A stretch of DNA of 64,000 bases, from the NCBI RefSeq assembly GCF_036365525.1, contig NC_090404.1, positions 10,354,001-10,418,000 of the forward strand. Direction: 5' to 3'. The position numbers and the translations under genes are program-made. Shown one piece after another: positions 25,882 through 38,399 of the stretch (the stretch's first letter is position 1; each line of letters starts with the position of its first letter). The notes beneath the pieces are model-generated. The model searched no databases, was not told the DNA's origin, and saw nothing but the letters and a program-made list of their open reading frames with translations. The DNA comes from Heterodontus francisci (lineage: Eukaryota).

Positions 25882-28858
25882 GACAGAATGAAACTGGACA
25901 GACCACCCGGCATCGACCTAGGCACCGGAAGCGACAACGGCAAACCCAGCCCTGTTGACCATGCAAAGTCCTCCTTACTAACATCTGGGGGCTTGTGCCA
26001 AAGTTGGGAGAGTTATCCCACAGACTAGTCAAGCAACAGTCTGAAATAGCCACAATCATGGAATCATACCTTACAGACAATGTCCCAGACACTGCCATCA
26101 CCATCCCCGGGTATGCGCTGTCCCACCAGCAGGACAGACCCAGCAGAGGTGGTGGCACAGTGATATACAGTCTGGAGGGAGTTGCCCTGGGAGTCCTCAA
26201 CATCGACTCCGGGACCCCATGTAGTCTCATGGAATCAGCTCAAACATGGGCAAGGAAACCTCCTGCTGATTACCACCTACCACCCTCCCTCGGTTGATGA
26301 GCCAGTACTCCTCCATGTTGAACACCACTTGAAGGAAGCACTGAGGTTGGAAAAGGCGCAGAATGTACTCTGGGTGGGGAACTTCAATGTCCATCACCAA
26401 GAGTGGCTCGGCAGCACCACTACTGACCCAGCTGGCCGAGTCCTAAAGGACATAGCTGCAAGACTGGGAATGCGGCAGGTGGTGAGGGAACCAACAAGAG
26501 GGAAAACATACTTGACCTCGTCCTCACCAATCTGCCTGCCGCAGATATATCTGTCCATGACAGTATTGGTAGGAGTGACCACCGCACAGTCCTTATGGAG
26601 ACGAAGTTCCGCCTTCACATTGAGGATACCCTCCATCATGTTGTGTGGCACTACCACCGTGCTAAATGGGATAGATTTCGAACAGATCTAGCAATGCAAA
26701 ACTGGGCATTCATGAGGTGCTGTGGGCCATCAGCAGCAGCAGAATTGTACTCACCCACAATCTGTAACCTCATGGCCTGGCATATTGCTCACTCTACCAT
26801 TACCATCAAGCCAGGAGACCCACTCTGGTTCATTGAAGAGTGCAGGAGGGCATGCCAGGAGCAGCACCAGGCATACCTCAAAATGAGGTGTCAGCCTGGT
26901 GAAGCTACCAACCCAGGACTACTTGCGTGCCAAACTGCGTAAGCAGCATGCTATAGACAGAGCTAAGTGATCACACAACCAACGGATTAGATCTAAGCTC
27001 TGCAGTCCTGCCACATCCAGCCGTGAATGGTGGTGGACAATTAAACAACTAACTGGAGGAGGAGGCTCCACAAATATCCCCATCCTCAATGATGGGGGAG
27101 CCCAGCACATCAGTGCGAAAGATAAGGCTGAAGATTGTTGCAAATGCTTCAGCCTTATCTTTCGCACTGATGTGCTGGGCTCCCCCATCATTGAGGATGG
27201 GGATATTTGTGGAGCCGAGTTGATGATCCATCTCCGCCTCCTCCTGAAGTCCCCAGCATCACAGATGCCAAACTTCAGCCAATTCGATTCACTCCGTGTG
27301 ATATCAAGAAATGACTGAAGGCACTGGATACTGCAAAAGCTATGGGCCCTGACAATGTTTCGGCAATAGCACTGAAGACCTGTGCTACAGAACTTTCCGC
27401 ACCCCAAGCCAAGCTGTTCCAGTACAGCTATAACACTGGCATCTACCTGGCAATGTGGAAAATTGCCCAGGTATGACCTGTACACAAAAAACAGGACAAG
27501 TCCAATCCGGCCAATTATCGCCCTATGTTTATCTCAATCATCAGTAAAGCGATGGAAGGTGTCATCGCCAGTGCTATCAAGTGGCACTTGATTAGCAATA
27601 ACCTGCTCCGTGATGCTCAGTTTGGGTTCCGCCAGGGCCACTCAGCTCCTGACCTCATTACAACCTTGGTTGAAACATGGGCAAAAGAACTGAACTCAAG
27701 AGGTGAGGTGAGAATGACTGCTCTTGACATCAAGGCAGCATTTGATCGAGTATGGCATCAAGGAGCCCTCGCAAAACTGAAGTCAATGGTAATCGGGGGA
27801 AAACTCTCCGCTGTTTGGAGTTATACCTAGCGCAAAGGAAGGTGATTGGTGGAGGTCAATCATCTCAGCTCCAGGACATCACTGCAGGAGTTGCTAGGCC
27901 CAACCATCTTCAGCTGCGTCATCAATGACCTTCCTTCAATCATAAGGTCAGAAGTGGGGATGTTCGCTGATGATTGCTCAATGTTCGGCACCATTCGCGA
28001 CTCCTCAGATACTGAAGCAGTTCTTGTAGAAATGCAGCAAGACCTGGACAATATCCAGGCTTGGGCTGATAAGTGGCAAGTAACTTTTGTGACACAGAAG
28101 TGCCAGGCAATGACCATCTCCAACAAGAGAGAATCAAACCATCTCCCCTTGACATTCAATGGCATTGCGATCGCTGAATCCCCTGCTATCAACATCCTAG
28201 GGGTTACCGTTTACCAGAAACTGAACTGGACTAGCCATATAAATACCGTGACTGCAAGAGCATGTCAGAGGCTAGGAATCCTGCAGTGAGTAACTCACCT
28301 CAATCCTTCCTAAAGCCTGTCTTCCATCTTCAAGGCACAAGTCAGGAGTGTGATGGAATACTCTCCACTTGCCTGGATGGGTGCAGCTCCAAGAGCACTC
28401 AAGAAGCTCGACACCATCCAGGACAAAGTAGCCCGGTTGATTGGCACCTCATCCACAAACATTCACTCCCTCTACCACTGATGCACAGTTGCAGCAGTGT
28501 GTACCATCTACAAGATGCACTGCAGCAATGCACCAAGGCTCCTTAGACAGCACCTTCCAAACCCGCAACCTCTATCAACGAGAGGGACAAGGGCAGCAAA
28601 TGCATGGGAACACCACCATCTGCAAGATCCCCTCCAAGTCATACACCATCCTGACTTGGAACTATATCGCCGTTCCTTCAGTGTCACTGGGTGAAGATTC
28701 TGGAACTCCCTTCCTAACAGCACTGTGGGTGTCCCTACACCCCAAGGACTACAGCGGTTCAAGGCGGCAGCTCACCACCACCTTCTCAAGGGAACTTAGG
28801 GATGGGCAATAAATACTGGTCTCGCCAGCGACACCCACATCCCATGAATGAATAAAAA
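25882..28858 (+). mobile_element. Second LINE family, near-complete ORF2 (APE endonuclease + RT), decayed
   Basis: IPGY...QDRPSRGGG, GNFNVHH, QFGFRQGHS, ALDIKAAFDRVWHQG, MFADD; tail ...CCCATGAATGAATAAAAA; splits the ZNF 3' flank module. Confidence 0.9.
27064..27216. repeat. Perfect 70-bp inverted repeat with 13-nt loop
   Basis: 27064-27133 is the exact reverse complement of 27147-27216. Confidence 0.95.
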
Positions 28859-29450
28859 GAGGACAATCTGGGGAGGATTGTACGGCAGGAACTGAACTTC
28901 AACCTGGACACAGTCCTTCAGGTTCACACTGAGAGGGACAAATGGCACTTTGGTCTCTACTGAGAGTAAAGTCCCTGTGTAGGTTGATCTTGAGGTGTGT
29001 AAGAAATGTGTCCCAGCTGCTCTCTTCCATGGTTCAGAGCTCCTGGACACGGAACAGAAGGCTCCTTTACAACTGTGTTTAGAGTCAGGAAGAACAACAG
29101 TGAATGCTGGAAACGTGCTGTCAAATCAGAGATTGATGTAAAATTGTGATTTGTTCCTGACTGAAAGTGAAATGGCAGGTTTAAGTTTCCAGTCTGAAAA
29201 TGACTGTGGTCATTATTCTGTGAGATTTAATGTATTTGTGTGACAGTCCTGACTCTACCATTTTAAGGCAGACATTAACTCATTTAAAATAAACCTATTT
29301 CAACAGATTAATGTCTGTTGGTAGAGTCACGTGAGAAGGGGTCCCTCTTTTCCCTCTCTGTGTTTGATCACAACAGGTTTAATTCTTTGTTAAAGTGGAT
29401 GTATTGGCCATTTCGGTAGGTTTTTGATTACTTACCTGCAATGAGCATAA

Positions 29451-30651
29451 TGTCAGAAGTGTTTAGATTTTTTTTTTAAAACTAAGATGTCTGTGTGCCT
29501 TTAAGACTGGAAAAAAAAACTATGAACAGTGACTGAAGGTTGACTTTTGGTATTCAGAGTGCAGTCTGCAAGACAATTTGCATCCAAGCAACAGGAAGAT
29601 TTTATGGCAGTCTTGTGATTTCTGTTAAAATAAAGGCTTTCAGTTCAACTTTTTTTTGGTGAAAAGAGACCAGGGGAGCTGTGAGCAGCAAAAGGAGTTA
29701 CTGCTGGAGACTGACCAGCAACAGAGCCCAGAGAAAACTCTTTCTCTTGAAAAGGTAATTCCTGTATCAAGGAAAATTCTAATCTCTTCATGAAGTCAAA
29801 AGAACTTTGAAGGAGTTGCAAATCTAATGTATGGGAGGGAAAAACCCTTGTTGCTGTTTACGCCTGAAGAGAGGAAGAGACACAGAGAAAAGAGGAATTG
29901 CTACACTCTGTGGAGAAACATTGCTTTGGTGAAAGGAAGCCTGTGTTTCAGGTGTTGTAGGTTGCTGTTGCCTACAGTCAAGAATCCCTGCTGCAAGAGT
30001 GAGCTCAGTAGTTGCAGTGCTGTATGGGGAAGGCTCCTTTGCTGAGAGTAAGTCCAGTTGACTTTTGTGTTTTTGGAAGTTCCTGAACTCTCAAGAAAGT
30101 TTCTACTGTTAGACTGCTACTTTCGAATTTAAATAGACCTGTTGCTATGGGATCTATGTGACGCCTGTTGCAGATGAACTACCTTGAACGCCTACTCACC
30201 ACATACTGTACATTAATTTCACTTGGAAACGTCAAGTGGCATCTGACTATTCGACTCTGGGACACCTCATCGACCCAGAAAATACCACCAGAAGTTACAA
30301 CCCAGTTATTTCATTATTCCTAAGAAACTGCTGTAAAGACAATATTTCAGTTTTTCCCAGTTAACCATTCGTAATTGAATGTATATGTGTGCATGAGGGT
30401 TAACTAGATTAAGGAGTTATAGCATGTTTTCATACATACAGATTCATCTCATTATCATTTAAAACTTGGTTAATTAAGTTAATTTTGTTGTTGTATAAAG
30501 AAACCTGGTTTGGCATGCTTTGTTCTGGGGATAAATAAAGTGATTAATTTGGCTATTTTTCCAGTAGGTGGGGACACTTTCCTAATATGCTGTGACCTGT
30601 GGAGTGGTGGGACTGAATTAACATTACATTACTCCCGCCTCTGTCATAACA
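29451..30651 (+). mobile_element. Solo LTR (Gypsy-like, 4-bp TSD) nested in another LTR-like element
   Basis: TGTCAG...TAACA termini; TSD ATAA at 29447-29450 and 30652-30655. Confidence 0.75.
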
Positions 30652-30936
30652 ATAAAAGAACCAAGCAGACAGGTTTTCTTGAATTTAATCTAAACTGAAA
30701 TAATAAAAATAATAATGCGCTAACATTCACTCGCGTGCACGCACAGTAGAGGTTTACACACACACACATACACACACACAAATAGTTTACAGAGTGGGAA
30801 AATGTACATTGGTTGAGTTGGTTTCCATGCAAAAAAGGGGTATACAGTCTGTGGGGTTTGGTGATTTGGCTGGCTTCTAGCTGAATTCGGTGGTCCTGAG
30901 GCTTTTTGTTTAAAGAGGTAGATGATTGGTTCAGTA

Positions 30937-31393
30937 TAGAGGCCTGCTTTAGGTCAGGAAAAAGAACCCGACCCGAACCCAACTGAACCACAGTGGGCCC
31001 CAAGCCCGGCCCGAGTCCCTCTGATTTTACCCCGAGCCCGACCCGACACGAACCCGCCATGACACAGCCCGACCCAAGCCCAATCTGACCATCCCTTTAC
31101 TTACCTTCCGACTGGGAAACTCCACCGAGCTGCAGCGCATGCACGATGATGTCACAGTGATGTCACAGGCGCAGACTCAGTTTCGTCCTGGACTCCCAGC
31201 TCAGGTAAGTTTTTTATTTTTCATACTTACCAGCAGAGCACTTACCGTGCGTGTCCGGCCCGACCCGACCCGACTTGACCTGGACTCGGCCCGACCCGAC
31301 CCAAGCCAGAAAGACGGCCCTGGCAGACGGGCCCGACCCGAACCCGACACGTCGTCGGGTCCCGTTGCTTTCGGGTCGGGTAGCAGCCCTTTA
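30937..31393. mobile_element. hAT-like MITE
   Basis: Imperfect TIRs TAGAGGCCTGCT / AGCAGCCCTTTA; many subterminal ACCCGACCCG repeats; CpG-rich. Confidence 0.6.
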
Positions 31394-32299
31394 TTTAGAT
31401 GGGTCTCTTGGAGACAGCAAGGCGGATGATTTCCTCCAACGGGGTTTTTGGCGGTACCTGGAGTATGCAAAGGTGGTTAGGCAACAGGCAGGACTTGAAA
31501 GCTTTCAAGCTGGAATGGAGAGACAGAGAGAGAGACACCCACTTGGGTCTGCACATGTCAGTCCAGTTGCTTCTCATTCTGCTGCAGAAGGACACAAGCT
31601 TACAACCATAAGAGGTGGAGGGTCTTGTCACGTGACAGTCACTCAGTGATTCAAACATAGCAGTATTTCTTCTGGCTAAAAGAAAAAGAACAATCGGTTC
31701 CTTTAAATTTCCTGGGTCTTGGTTCTTGCTGTGTTATGAGCAGACATTTCGTCTCCCTCCTCACAAGCATTGCAGTGTAGGATACAGTGTTGCAAATTAG
31801 GTAGCCATCTTAAGCTGCAGCAAAGTCACCCTTTAGCTGGTCTTTTAATAAATGTCTTTAAATAAAATATAAATTCAGCTCTCCAGTCAGTGAATTACAG
31901 AAAATTATCATTGAACAAAACATATCAGTGTGTGTGTGTGTGTGTGTGTGTCTGTGTGTGCGTGCGTGACATCAGGATAACTAAAAATACACAACCCAGA
32001 ACATCCACAGGTGTGCGATCCTGACTGTTACTCTGGGATCACTCCAACTGTTGAACTCCACCTCTGACCCTGCTGAAGGTTGTAGGCTCAGGGACTGGGG
32101 CCTCCAGGAGTGGACTGTAAGAAAGCTGGGTTTCAGAATCCTGACAAATATATGGTGAGGAACCAAAAGAATCCTTATGAAAGAACTGTTTGGGGTTTTA
32201 CCTGCCAGTGTAGGTCTCGGGGTGAATGATGCCTGAATCCCTGAACTGTCTTACTTTGTACCCAGTTTGGAACAAGATGAATTCAGTTTCCAGAAGAAT

Positions 32300-33380
32300 A
32301 GGGACAAATATCACCCACAATTGAAGGAGACAAAAAACAGCCATTAGAGAAGCTGAGATCTTTGGCAAAGAAGATGGTGCACAATTGCAGTAATAACAGC
32401 AAAAGCTTTTCCAGCTACATCAGGAGTCAAAAGACTGATAAAGATGGTTTAGAGTGTTAATTGTGTGTCTAAACCGTTGAGTGTTAATTGTGTGTCAACG
32501 GTTTGAGTATATGCAGGTGAATGGTGTTAATTGGGGATTTAGTTGAGCACTTATAAGCAGACAGTCACTGGGACTCAGGGAGGGTTTGAGTGAGGAGCTA
32601 CATATTTGTAATCCTTTTACTATGCACAATAAATGTGAAACTGAGTAGATATAAGCTCCAGCATTATCTTTCCATAACAAGCTTTCTGGAATTTAACGAG
32701 AGCCACTGAGAGACAGTTGAGGACAGATTGAAACAGATTGCCAGGCTATGACAGAGCTGTTAAATGACTATTTCACATCAGTCTGCACTCCTGTGGATGA
32801 TGCTCAGATTCCAGCTGTGGGATGTGCTGTCGACAGTAACATCATAAATATTAAAATAGAAAGGGATTGTCATCCTGGATAAAATAGGAAATCTCAAACT
32901 GTTCCAGGTCCAGATGATATCCACCCAAGGGTATTTAAAGAGATGGGACGGGTGCTCTGTGAACCCCTTGCCCGTATCTTTGACAGCTCAATAGAGTCAG
33001 GGATTGTTCCCTGAGATTGGAAGGAAGCTTGCGTAGTTCCCATTTTCCAAATCGGGTCAAATCAGAGCTGGGGAACTACAGGCCCATCAGTGTGAGCTCG
33101 ATCACAGGGAAGATGCTTGAATGAATCCTAAGAGACGCCGTTTCTGATCACTGGGGAAGTGAAGGAGCCATTCGAGATGCTCCACATGGCTTCCAGAAAA
33201 GATGATCACGTTTTACAAACTTGTTTGTGTTTTGTGAAGAAGTTGCTGTGTTGGTGGATGATGGGGATCTGGTTGACATTGTCAATCTAAGGATGTAATC
33301 CAACAACAACTTGTATTTACATGGAGGGTTGTGGGGCTGAAGGAGGTTACAGAGATACTGAGGATCTGGTTGACATTGTC
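32300..33380 (+). mobile_element. Old CR1-type RT fragment
   Basis: PGPDDIHPRVFKE, VPxDWKEACVVPIF, NYRPIS-like translations. Confidence 0.7.
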
Positions 33381-34399
33381 TATCTCAGGGGTGTTAAACT
33401 CATTTTCCCTGGTGGGTCTGATCCGATATCCTGGCACTGGGTGAGGGCCACATTCAGCAGAAGTTATTAAAATAGAACTAGATGCAGATAAACTATATCG
33501 ATACTTACTGACATTTAGATTTTATTCACTGCTCCTGATACCCGGCACCTCTTAGCTTGAACCATCACATCAACACTTGGAGCAAATGACAGGGCTGAGG
33601 CCTGTCTTGGATAAAAACACAAGGACTGCTTGTCATCACAGAATCATGGAAATTTACAGCATTCAGCCCATTGTATCTGTGCCAACTGAAAAAGAGTTGT
33701 CCAGCCTAAACCCACTTTCCAGCTCTTTACATAACTCTGTAAGTTACAGCACCTCAAGTGCATATCCAAGTGGTTTTTCAAATGTGATGAGTGTTTCTGT
33801 CTCTACCACCCTTTCAGGCAGTGAGTTCCAGACCCCCACCACCTTCTGGGTGAAATAATTCCTTAACTACTCCCTAATCCTTTGTCAATTATTTTAATTC
33901 TATTCTCCCTTCATATTGTGCTCTCATCCCATTGAAGTTGATCCTCCCACAGTTCATTATTTTTATTCTGGATTGCTCCTATTTGCATAGCTAATCTAAA
34001 CCTTATGATGCTGTGATCACTGTCTCCTAAATTTTCCCCTACTGGCACTTGATCCACCTCATTTCCCCAGAACCAGAGTTGGACTGCAAGCATAGTGATG
34101 CAGAATATTCTTCTGAACAGACTTCAGAAACTCTTGCCCCTCTCTGCCCTTGACACTATTACTATCCCAGTCTATATTTGGGTAATGAAAGCAACGCCGT
34201 TAGAACTACTCCATGATGCTTTCACGTCTTGTAATTTCCTTGCAAATTTGTTCCTCTATATCATTCCCACTAGCTTGTGAGCTATAGAATACACTCAGCA
34301 GTGTAATGGTATCTCTTTTTTTTTAGCTCTAATAAAATAGATTAAATGGATTAATTGAAATCCTGTTATTGACTGTTCCATTTTTGGGCATTTTCTCAT

Positions 34400-34800
34400 C
34401 TGTTAAAGACTTTTTTGCACATTTCCTGACATCAGGACGACACATTTTATAGTCAATGAAGTTCTTTTGAAGTGCAGCCACTGTTGTAATGCAGGAAATG
34501 CAGCAGCTAATTTTTGCACAGCAAGCTCCCACAGACAGCACTGTGATAATGCCCAGATAATCTGTTTTAGTGATGTTGATTGAGGGATATATATTTACCA
34601 GGACTCTGGGAAGAACTCCTCCTGATCTTTGAAATAGCGTCAATGAATCTTTCATACCCATCAGATGAAAATCTCATCTGAAAGTTGGAACCTCCAACAG
34701 TGCAGTGCTCCCTCAGTACTGCATTAGAATATCAGCCACGGCATAATGATCAACTCTTTGGATGTGTATCTGAAATCACAACCTACTGAATCAACGATGA
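34400..34800 (-). mobile_element. DeuSINE-like (SacSINE1/AmnSINE-type) element
   Basis: GCACAGCAAGCTCCCAC and ACAGTGCAGTGCTCCCTCAGTACTGCA resemble the reverse strand of the Deu domain (recognised from memory). Confidence 0.6.
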
Positions 34801-35589
34801 GAATGCTACAATGGAGCCATGACTAACACATCATTACTCTAGTTTATGTTGGTCATTCTCAGGGACAAGTCTCAGCTCCCCATACATTCCATAGTGTCTC
34901 TGCTAGCCTTGCTGTCCAGGGAAAGTATTGGTAACACACCCGGGTACCTGTCCCGGGAGTGTTTGATGGAACAGTACAGAGGGAGTTTTACAATGTATCT
35001 AACTAGTGCTGTGCCTGCTGTGGGAGTGTTTGATGGGACAGTGTAGAGGGAGATTTGCTCTGTATCTAACCTGTGCTGTAACTGACTGGAGAATGCTTCA
35101 AGCAGACACTCAGTGCTGAGAATATCCCATTCCCTGGTACTAACAGCCATCACCACAATGAGAATAACATAATAATAACACAATAAAGGTTTGTGTTTCT
35201 GAACCCCTTGTAGATTTAAGAGATAGTAACATAACAGGTCGCCATGGCAACACTAATCAGACATTCCATTCCACAGAATCAATTGATTTGTAACTCTGAT
35301 CAGATCAGCAGAAAGGACTGGGTCTGTTTGTTATTAAGCACAATATAAACCTAAACCAGAGTAGATTAGATGATAATGTGTGATATTCATACCTATAATT
35401 GTGAAACTATAAGAAATAACAGAATTAACAGTAGGCAGGGTAGTTTAGGGATAACGAGAAAATTACTGAAGAAAAGTAACTGCTGGGAACCAGGGAAAGT
35501 GTCCTTGTCAACCACAGATTAGAGAAATTCCAGCTGTCTTTTCCTCACTTCCTGCTAAAACGCAGCAGAGAAGACAAAGAAAGAATCAA

Positions 35590-36120
35590 GATTTCAGACA
35601 TCAGTGAAAAGCACCGAGACACACACACCGGAGTGAGAGTCTTCCACAGAAAGAGCTTTCACCAATTACACAGCCTGAAGAAAAGATCACACCGTTCACA
35701 ACAGGGAAAAACTGCACACGTGTGCTGTGTGGATGAGGCTTCAACTGATTATTCAACCTGGAGAGACATAAGGACACCTGCACCACAGCAAAACCGAGGA
35801 ATTCTGGGGATTGTGGGAAGGGATTTAATTACCCATCTGAGCTGGAAACTCATCAACGCAGTCACACTGGGGAGACGCCGTTCACCTGCTCCGTGCGAGG
35901 GAAAGGATTCACAGTTACTCAAGTTCCAATACATGTGCGAGTTCATAATGGGGAGAGGGCATTCACCTGCTTCATATGATTCACTCAGTCAGCCACCCTC
36001 CTGACACAATAATGCACTTTGCAGAAACACCAGTGAGTTCACAGTGGGGAGAAGCCGTTCACCTGCTCCATGTGTGGGAAGGGATTCACTCAGTCACAAC
36101 ATCAGCAAGTTGACATGTGA
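35590..36120 (+). pseudogene. C2H2 zinc-finger exon remnant, cassette C, 5'-truncated
   Basis: Degenerate fingers ([36 protein letters not shown]) with frameshifts; acceptor lost. Confidence 0.8.
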
Positions 36121-36231
36121 CTACACGGGCAGGATTCTGCTGTTAATTGCATCCTTTGTTTCTGCTAATGTTAATAAGCATTATGACTGAGCTGGAGTTT
36201 AATATTCCGTATCTCTTCAAATAAATCGGTT

Positions 36232-36525
36232 TTACAAGTAGTAGTTTGGTAGTACAGAACTTGAGAATTGCTGAAAATAGAGACATGTTGTTGAAGCTTT
36301 TCATCTTGTACTCATCAGGGCAATCCACAAGAATAACCAATGTAAGGGAAAACAATAACTTATACTGCATGAGAAGAGAGTGCTGATTGGTTAGCAAGTG
36401 AACTCTGGTAGAGGCGTTGCCATGGAGAATGTACCAGTTTACGGTGACTGACAGTAACTGCCAAGCTTTGTTTAAAATTTAAACCAGGCAGCTTGACTCT
36501 GATTGGTCAAGACATTGCCCCGAGG
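36232..36525 (-). mobile_element. Penelope terminal fragment with a minimal hammerhead-like motif at 36288-36323
   Basis: Minus strand TTGCC-CTGATGA-GTACAAGAT-GAAA-AGCT-TC-AACAA. Confidence 0.65.
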
Positions 36526-37409
36526 ACTTTGTTTTTGTGTAAGTGTCAGTTTTTGTGTAAGCACACTGCATGTTAGGAATATAGGAGCAGAAGTAGGCCA
36601 GTCAGCCCATCGAGTCTGCCTCACCATTCAATATGATCATGGCTGATCATCCACATATTGTGTTCTATATTTCTCCAAGAGGAGACTAATTGATGTCCTG
36701 TTATTGACTGTTCCAGTTTTGGACCTTTTCTACTTTCGAGCTCTAAATTATTTCAGTTCTCATGCCTTCAGTTACTCACATGGACAGCTCCAAGCTCCCC
36801 TACTTCCAGAGTGCCTCTCCTAGCCTTGGTATCTAGGGAAGGTATCGGTAACATGCTCGATATCACCAAAGAAAAAACTCTGTCTGTTGACCACTTTCAG
36901 CTACTGGACTTAGCCTGTGTCCCACAGCATCTCTTTCACTTTCTGTGTGAATCGAGCATCAAGCCTGCAACCCTGGTTTAAATTTAAATCCACTCAGAGA
37001 ATATATTTAACAGGAGCCTGCAGACTGTTGAGACTCAGTTAAGCTGCCAGTGTGCTGCTGTACTGCTCTATATTTTGCCTGTAATGGAAAATGACTGAAC
37101 CTTTGTCCCAGTGTAACCTTTGCTGTTCTGAAATATGGGTGTAGATTAATGAGCCTCACATCCTTGCTCATGTCTGCTGCAATTGTGTAGAAAGGGGATG
37201 TGTAAAGAGATGGTCTTTGTGTGGAGTTGTTAAACAAGGAAACGGTACCTGCGTGTGATAGTGACACAGCCTTGGACTCACAGAGCAATGCACAGATATT
37301 GTTGTGGTTCTGGTTTGAGCAGGAGCAGATCACGAATTTAGTGAACATGTTAAATATGAATATCACCAGTGTCGCTGCAGCTTTTTGGATCAAAGCTGAG
37401 AAGAAGAGA

Positions 37410-38380
37410 GCTCTGAATCCAAGATGTAAGCTCTGCAGTCCTGCCACATCCAGTCATGAATAGTGATGGACAGTTAAACAACTAACTGGAGGAAGTGGCT
37501 CCACAAATATTCCCATTCTGAATGGCATAGATCTGATCCGTTAGTTGTGGGATCAGCCTGTTCATGCTGGTTATGCAGTTTGGCATGCAAGTAGTCCTGG
37601 GTTGTAACTTCACCAGGTTAACCCCTCATCTTGAGGTATGCCTGGTGCTGCTCGTGGCATGCCCTGCTGCACTCTTGATTGAACCAGGATTGTTCCCTTG
37701 GCATGATAGTAATGGTAGAGTGGGGGATATGCTGGGCCATGAGGTTACAGATTGTGGTTGAATGCAGGTCTGCTGCTGCTGATGGCCCACAGCGCCTCAT
37801 GGATGCCCTGTCTTGCATTGCTAGATCTGTTCAAACTCTATCCCGTTTAGCATGGTGGTAGTGCCACATAACACAATGGAGGGTATCCTCAATGTGAAGA
37901 CGGGACTTTGTCTCCAGAAAGACTGTGCGGTGTTCACTCCTACCAATGCTGTCATAGACAGATGCTTCTTTGGCAGGCAGATTGGTGAGAGCGAGGTCAA
38001 GTATGGTTTTCCCTCTTGTTGGTTCCCTCACCATCTGCTGCAGACCCAGTCTAGCAGCTATGTCCTTTAGGATTCGGCCAACTCGGTCAGTAGTTACGCT
38101 ACCTAACCACTCTTGGTGATGGACATTGAAGTCCCCCACGCAGAGCATATTCTGGGCCCTTGTCACCCTCAGTTCTTCCTCCAAGTGCTGTTCAACATGG
38201 AAGAGTACTGATTCATCAGCTGAGGTGTGGCTGGGCGGTGGGGGGTGGGGGGTGGGGGGTGGGGGAGGGATTGCGGGGGCGGTGGGGTGTGTGGATAATA
38301 GGTGGTAATCAGCAGGAGGTTTCCTCGCCCGTACTTGACCTGATTCCAGAAGACTTTATGGGGTCTGGAGTCGATGATGA
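37410..38380 (-). mobile_element. Second LINE family endonuclease fragment
   Basis: VGDFNVHHQEWLGS...EPTRGKTILDL. Confidence 0.85.
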
Positions 38381-38399
38381 GGACAAAGCGAGCAATGAC

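Larger units (their letters stand above)
29316..31971 (-). mobile_element. Outer LTR-like element hosting the nested LTR and a MITE
   Basis: TG...CA ends; host sequence rejoins across the ATAA TSD; no TSD of its own found. Confidence 0.45.

Noticed and set aside
31139-31658. Overlapping ORFs of 70-130 aa
   Set aside because: Arise from the repetitive GC-rich MITE and LTR sequence
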